Virus record (IMG/VR): IMGVR_UViG_3300021121_000001
Location: 51,328-115,327 of that record
DNA length: 64,000 bases
Origin: a virus
Lineage: Duplodnaviria > Caudoviricetes
Strand: one strand, 5' to 3'
In this document: positions 59,509 through 64,000 of the stretch, piece by piece
Layout of the letters: the number at the start of each line of letters is the position of its first letter
Position numbering within the stretch: position 1 is the first letter of the stretch
Notes under the pieces: model-generated
The model's input: the letters and a program-made list of their open reading frames with translations, nothing else
Database searches by the model: none
What the model was told of the DNA's origin: nothing
Program-made: the position numbers and the translations under genes

Positions 59509-60343
59509 ACCACTGTCTGCTGAATATTTAAAAAAAAGGGGTAGTTGTTGCGGGAATTCCTGTATCAATTGCCCCTTTCCTAAAATTAACAAAATGAAAA
59601 TAGCGTGTTGTCTTATAATAAAAAATGAAAATGAGTATTTAGGGGAATGGCTGGGTCATCATACTAAAATTGGGATAGATAATTTTATTATTTATGACAA
59701 TAATAGCACTAACTCTGTAAGGAGTTTTTTAAGAAAAGATGAAGGTTGGTATCCTAATGTAGAAGTTATAGATTGGAAAGATGAAGAATTTAGAAGTCAG
59801 TCAAGAGCTTATTTGGATTGCGCTAAAAAATTTAAACAATATGACTATATGGGATTTTTGGATTCTGATGAATTATATCAATCAAAAACTATGAATATTA
59901 AACAGGATATTAAAGATCTTGAGGACAAATATGGAAAATTTGATGCATTGGGATTATATTGGCGTATGTATGGAGCTAATCCATATATAGAAAACCCTCA
60001 ACCAATGTCAGAATATAAACAATGGTATAAGCATCATCTTATTAAATCTTTCATAAATCCTAAAGTTATATTGGACTTTCCTAATCCTCATAAAGCTACA
60101 ATAGTTGGAAAATATATAAATGAATTTGGGCAAAATATAAATGGTCCTATAGGGACGCATAGTTCTGAAAATATCTGGATAAAGCATGTCTGGTGTAAAT
60201 CTCTTCCGGAATGGAAACAAAAAATAGAAAGAGGAGATGCAAATATCAGAAAAGTAAACAGAACTATGAATGATTTTTATAATCATACTGCTGCCTGTTT
60301 AAATAATGATAATGAAATGCAACAAGAAAAAACTGAATCTTAA
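59501..60343 (+). CDS. GT-A fold glycosyltransferase (GT92/GT2-like); possible N-terminal Cys-motif extension, alternative start 59594
   Basis: KNExxYLxEWxxHH..GIDxFIIYDNNS, Q..AY..C, FLDSDE, KS, H motifs. Confidence 0.8.
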   Translation: MFKPLSAEYLKKRGSCCGNSCINCPFPKINKMKIACCLIIKNENEYLGEWLGHHTKIGIDNFIIYDNNSTNSVRSFLRKDEGWYPNVEVIDWKDEEFRSQSRAYLDCAKKFKQYDYMGFLDSDELYQSKTMNIKQDIKDLEDKYGKFDALGLYWRMYGANPYIENPQPMSEYKQWYKHHLIKSFINPKVILDFPNPHKATIVGKYINEFGQNINGPIGTHSSENIWIKHVWCKSLPEWKQKIERGDANIRKVNRTMNDFYNHTAACLNNDNEMQQEKTES

Positions 60344-60551
60344 AAGTGCTAAAACAATACTTAAGGAAGCTTTGAAAAGTGGAAAGGGGTATAGAAAAGA
60401 GTGCAGGTATTATCTATGTGATATTTGTGAAAATGGTGTTTATCATCTAACATCTCAGGAAGAATATGATGAAAAAATACAAATACCTCTGGAAGAATTA
60501 GTACATAAAGAACAATGGGAAAAATTAATGGAAATAAAAAAGGGACTATAA
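60306..60551 (+). CDS. Small Zn-finger phage protein
   Basis: RYYLCDIC..YHLTS. Confidence 0.65.
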   Translation: MIMKCNKKKLNLKSAKTILKEALKSGKGYRKECRYYLCDICENGVYHLTSQEEYDEKIQIPLEELVHKEQWEKLMEIKKGL

Positions 60552-60564
60552 TTAGTCCCTTTTT
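60536..60564. terminator. Bidirectional terminator
   Basis: A-tract-GGGACTA TAAT TAGTCCC-T-tract between convergent genes. Confidence 0.8.
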
Positions 60565-60569
60565 CTTTT

Positions 60570-60854
60570 CTATATTTGGTTTGGTTGTTCTTTACTCCAA
60601 AAATCTTCTCTAAGCGTTTTTACAATTTTTCCATTTTCATCTGTAGTTTCTACAAGATCTGTATCAAAATAGTATCTCATATTGTCAGCTTTGAAATTTT
60701 CCTGTTTTATTAGACTTATCAAAGTATTAAGGGTGTCTACAATTCTCATAACATCAAAAAACTGTTGAAATGTCACCATTGCAGGAACATCTGTTTTAGC
60801 TGTAAAACCCAAAGGACTTTTTTCCACTTGTTCAGTTATTTCTTTTTCTTCCAT
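60570..60854 (-). CDS. Hypothetical protein
   Basis: Own promoter TATATTTG (60882-60875) and terminator. Confidence 0.7.
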   Translation of the reverse strand: MEEKEITEQVEKSPLGFTAKTDVPAMVTFQQFFDVMRIVDTLNTLISLIKQENFKADNMRYYFDTDLVETTDENGKIVKTLREDFWSKEQPNQI

Positions 60855-60874
60855 TTTATTGTTTGTTTAAGTTA

Positions 60875-60944
60875 CAAATATACAAACAATTTATCAATAA
60901 TCAAATTTTTAACAATTTAAAATCAAAAAAATGAAGTATATTTG
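60875..60944. promoter_or_regulatory. Divergent TATATTTG promoters (- at 60882-75, + at 60937-44)
   Basis: Exact consensus on each strand ahead of divergent ORFs. Confidence 0.65.
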
Positions 60945-60962
60945 CTTCATAAAATTACATCA

Positions 60963-61202
60963 ATGATAGAATACTTTAAAAGAACTCTAGGAGATAAAAT
61001 AATAGGACTTGGATATATTGACGTAGACAATCCAAAATCCTTATTTTTTCAAATGTTTGAAGATCCTGGATATTACGAAAATGAAAAAGTAGATTTTGAA
61101 GAATTCAAAATTCTCGCAAATAAATATGATTTTGAAGGTTTTAAGCCTTTTTATAATGCAAATCCATCATTTGGCTCTCATTTTCAAATAGTCTTGAATT
61201 AA
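60963..61202 (+). CDS. Hypothetical protein
   Basis: Start MIEYFK after promoter; overlaps the 3' end of the giant gene. Confidence 0.5.
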   Translation: MIEYFKRTLGDKIIGLGYIDVDNPKSLFFQMFEDPGYYENEKVDFEEFKILANKYDFEGFKPFYNANPSFGSHFQIVLN

Positions 61203-64000
61203 TTGATCTTCATCTCCTGCTTTCATGACTTTTTCTATACCTGTTACTTTATATAGTCTTGCTTTTGCTTTAGACTCTCCTTTTTTATACATTCCTGAAT
61301 CAGTTCTGTATTTTTCCTGACTGATTGTATATTTTATAAGATCTCCCCATGATTTTATTGTTTGCCAAATCATAGGAGAATCAAATATAAATTCACCATA
61401 CTGATAAGGGTTTAGAAATGTAGATGTTTCTGTATATAATCTTGCTGCTTGATAGAGAGCTTGATTTTCAGACCATGATTTATTTCTAAGTTTTTTATAT
61501 TTATCTTTATCATCTGGATCAAAACCAAAAGCAAAGCGAACCAATAAATAAGCCATTAATATAAATCCTGCATCTAATGTAGATTTTAGTAAAGCTTGTT
61601 TTTCACTATCAGTTAATTTAGCCCATTCACCTGTTTGTGACTTGCTTTCAAGTTCTCTGGCAAATAAATCCAATGTTTTTAAATAATATCCATGTTCTGC
61701 TCCCATTCTTGTGTTAAATCTGGCAGAAGATCTAAGTCCATATTTAGTTAGTTTTACATCAGATGCTGCTGCCCTATTTAAAAACATGGAAGTGAAGAAT
61801 CTTTTCATCATTATAAAAATAGACACCCATGTATAAGTTTCAGCTTCTGGTTTATCAATACCTTTTGCATAGTTACCATGTATTCTATTGTTATGATTTG
61901 CAATCATTTCTTTAAGTTGCTTAAACTTAATACCTATTGGAGACCATTCATCAGAAATTCCATCTTTTAGCTTTATTTTTCCATCTTTATCAAGTTCATA
62001 GGCTTGGTGGAGAGGTATTGTTCTGCCATTTTCATCAACTTTTATGGCATCCATATAAGCTAAAGCATTTACAGATTGAACAAACAACTCTCCCCATTCT
62101 CTATGATTTGAAAGCCAATGTAAAGCCAAAGCATCTTTTATTTTTGAAGATGATACTTTTTCTCCTATTTTATCTTCATGAGAATGTGATTGTACAAACC
62201 CATAAAGATCAAATAATTGTGATTGCAATGTTTTTTCACCTATTTTATTTTCCCAATATTCTTTCATAAATGAAGGAACATAATCTGAAAAGAATATAGT
62301 GTGAGCATTTGCAAGATTGGTGTGTGTAATCACTCCATTTGAAGCATTTATAAAGTTTTGTGTTTCAGCACTTATTACGTTTGCCAAAGATGCAGGAAGG
62401 TCATAAGCAATACTTTTAATAACTGTTAATTTTTTTATAAGTCCTACAACAGTTTCCAATAATTTACCTGCTTCCATTTTCTTTTCCTGACCCTCAAACT
62501 GTCTTTTTATAATGGACTGAATAGCTTCTGATCTTACATTTGTTTTTCCTTTTGGACTTCTTCCTTTTTTTCCTATTATTTTTTTACTTGTATCTACAGG
62601 AGTGTAGTCTTCATTTTTCAATACTCTTTCTAAAGAATTTGCAACAGGAGATAATTCTATAAGTTTTTGATTTATTTTTGCAGAGTGTGTATATTTCATT
62701 ACAGCCCTGAAAATATCCAATGAAACATCTTCAGCTTCTAATCTTCCTATGTATTTTATAGGAATTGATGTAAATTCATTTCCATATTTATCTGCAAAAA
62801 CATTTTCATAATTGCCCTCATCCTGGTTAAAGTCTGTAAGAGATGCAATTTTAGATTTTATTCCTGACCATACAACTGATGGAATATCAGAAGGTTTTTC
62901 CTGAAGCTCTTTAATGAGTTTCATTGTCCTTTCTGTTTTAGTTTTTCTTATTCTTGGAAGGTCTAAATAAAGTTTGTTTTTGTCAGGTATATTTTCCTGT
63001 GCTTTAAGCATGTATTTTGTATGTGCCTGAAGCAGTTTAAATAATACTTTATCTGTCTCACTTCTGCTATTTTCAAGTCTTTCATACTTCTTGTTTATAT
63101 ATTTATCAGTTTTACCATCTGTCTTTGGTAGATAGTTTCCGGCATTGTCAATAGTTTCTCCTACAATTTGTTTAGTTTTATATTCATCTTTAACAACTCT
63201 GACAGAATATTTTAAAGCAGGTTTTGTTTCAATATATTTAGGGTCATTTGGAATAATCCTATTCCATTGAAATAATCTTTGCCATTTCAGATCCTGTTCT
63301 TGTGTATCTGTATTAAAGTACTCCACTTCTATATGATTGGCATAAAACCAGTTCTTGAAATCGTCATTTTTTAAAAGTTGATTTAATTTATCTGATTCAA
63401 GAATTGGGACATATTCACCATTTTGATTTAAAGCTGTTTGTTCATTGCCTGATGCATCTATTGAAACACCATATTTTTGAGAAAGATTGTTAAAGGAATC
63501 TACATAGTATTCTGTAGGTATTCTCGATTGTAATTCTTTAAGTTTATCAAATAATACAGCAAGTCTTTTTTTAGCAGATTCTGAAAGACCATTACTCTTT
63601 TGTTCATTAAAAAGAGCTTTCATTTCATCTTTTTCTGCATTTGTTATAGTTTTCTGATTTAACTTCTCTATAAGTTCTGACAATCTTGATTGTTTTAAAG
63701 GAGAAAGTCCTGAACTTCCTGTTACAGATTGTTTTATTTCCTCCAGTCTTTCCATTGCATCTTTTATTTTTGCAGTGGCTTTTGCTGTTAATTCAGTTCC
63801 TACAGGTTGGTTATCTTCATCTCTATGACCATAAATGTTGCTAAGAATAATTTCCCATGTTTCTGCAAAATCTGTATTATCATCCCCTCTTAATACTAGA
63901 AATATATCATTTATCTCTTGTGTTATTTGTTGTCTTTCTTCATAGAATTTTTGAGAAATTACACTTCTTGTATTTTCATTATTCCATATTTCCATTTCTT
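61167..64000 (-). CDS. C-terminal part of a giant virion-associated/ejected protein (partial)
   Basis: At least 942 aa open to the window edge; helical, with a C-terminal hydrophobic segment and YxxxSGxYxKG, like large crAss ejection proteins. Confidence 0.6.
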   Translation of the reverse strand, partial: EMEIWNNENTRSVISQKFYEERQQITQEINDIFLVLRGDDNTDFAETWEIILSNIYGHRDEDNQPVGTELTAKATAKIKDAMERLEEIKQSVTGSSGLSPLKQSRLSELIEKLNQKTITNAEKDEMKALFNEQKSNGLSESAKKRLAVLFDKLKELQSRIPTEYYVDSFNNLSQKYGVSIDASGNEQTALNQNGEYVPILESDKLNQLLKNDDFKNWFYANHIEVEYFNTDTQEQDLKWQRLFQWNRIIPNDPKYIETKPALKYSVRVVKDEYKTKQIVGETIDNAGNYLPKTDGKTDKYINKKYERLENSRSETDKVLFKLLQAHTKYMLKAQENIPDKNKLYLDLPRIRKTKTERTMKLIKELQEKPSDIPSVVWSGIKSKIASLTDFNQDEGNYENVFADKYGNEFTSIPIKYIGRLEAEDVSLDIFRAVMKYTHSAKINQKLIELSPVANSLERVLKNEDYTPVDTSKKIIGKKGRSPKGKTNVRSEAIQSIIKRQFEGQEKKMEAGKLLETVVGLIKKLTVIKSIAYDLPASLANVISAETQNFINASNGVITHTNLANAHTIFFSDYVPSFMKEYWENKIGEKTLQSQLFDLYGFVQSHSHEDKIGEKVSSSKIKDALALHWLSNHREWGELFVQSVNALAYMDAIKVDENGRTIPLHQAYELDKDGKIKLKDGISDEWSPIGIKFKQLKEMIANHNNRIHGNYAKGIDKPEAETYTWVSIFIMMKRFFTSMFLNRAAASDVKLTKYGLRSSARFNTRMGAEHGYYLKTLDLFARELESKSQTGEWAKLTDSEKQALLKSTLDAGFILMAYLLVRFAFGFDPDDKDKYKKLRNKSWSENQALYQAARLYTETSTFLNPYQYGEFIFDSPMIWQTIKSWGDLIKYTISQEKYRTDSGMYKKGESKAKARLYKVTGIEKVMKAGDEDQLIQDYLKMRAK

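Noticed and set aside
1-64000. Stop-codon reassignment (TAG=Gln or TGA=Trp), known in some crAss-like phages
   Set aside because: Long genes are intact in code 11, TGA and TAG terminate real genes (e.g. 18520, 60570), and the broken genes are explained by introns or one frameshift.

Overview
This 64 kb window comes from an AT-rich, crAss-like (Crassvirales-type) phage genome. The host is probably a Bacteroidota species, judging by TAnnTTTG promoters and A-rich leaders without Shine-Dalgarno sites. The standard genetic code fits throughout. Bases 1-12.3 kb (- strand) hold the head/packaging module (major capsid protein running off the left edge, scaffold candidate, portal, TerL, small genes) plus PhoH with a LAGLIDADG intein. 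Bases 12.4-15.3 kb are a mostly non-coding strand-switch region with repeated TCTGACACCT motifs, IHF-like sites flanking a palindrome, 20-bp direct repeats, a ~430-nt hairpin-dense ncRNA candidate and a promoter-hairpin-terminator sRNA. Bases 15-30 kb (+) are small accessory genes, including an Rnl2-type RNA ligase and a membrane-anchored glucosaminidase. Bases 30-41 kb are the replication module (SF2 helicase, PolB, DnaB, AAA, GIY-YIG, SSB, primase, UDG). Bases 41-50 kb carry three group I introns, not visible in the ORF track, that split a DUF932-like gene, a MoxR AAA ATPase and its metallopeptidase-VWA partner. The latter two lie in an operon with an rIIA-like GHKL ATPase and several small proteins sharing an LLNSxDxE motif. 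Bases 50-60 kb encode a DnaA-C domain protein, HNH, exonuclease, RecA, IMPDH, MazG-like proteins and two glycosyltransferases. The right edge is the 3' end of a giant (- strand) virion-type protein. All family calls are by motif recognition; no database searches were run.
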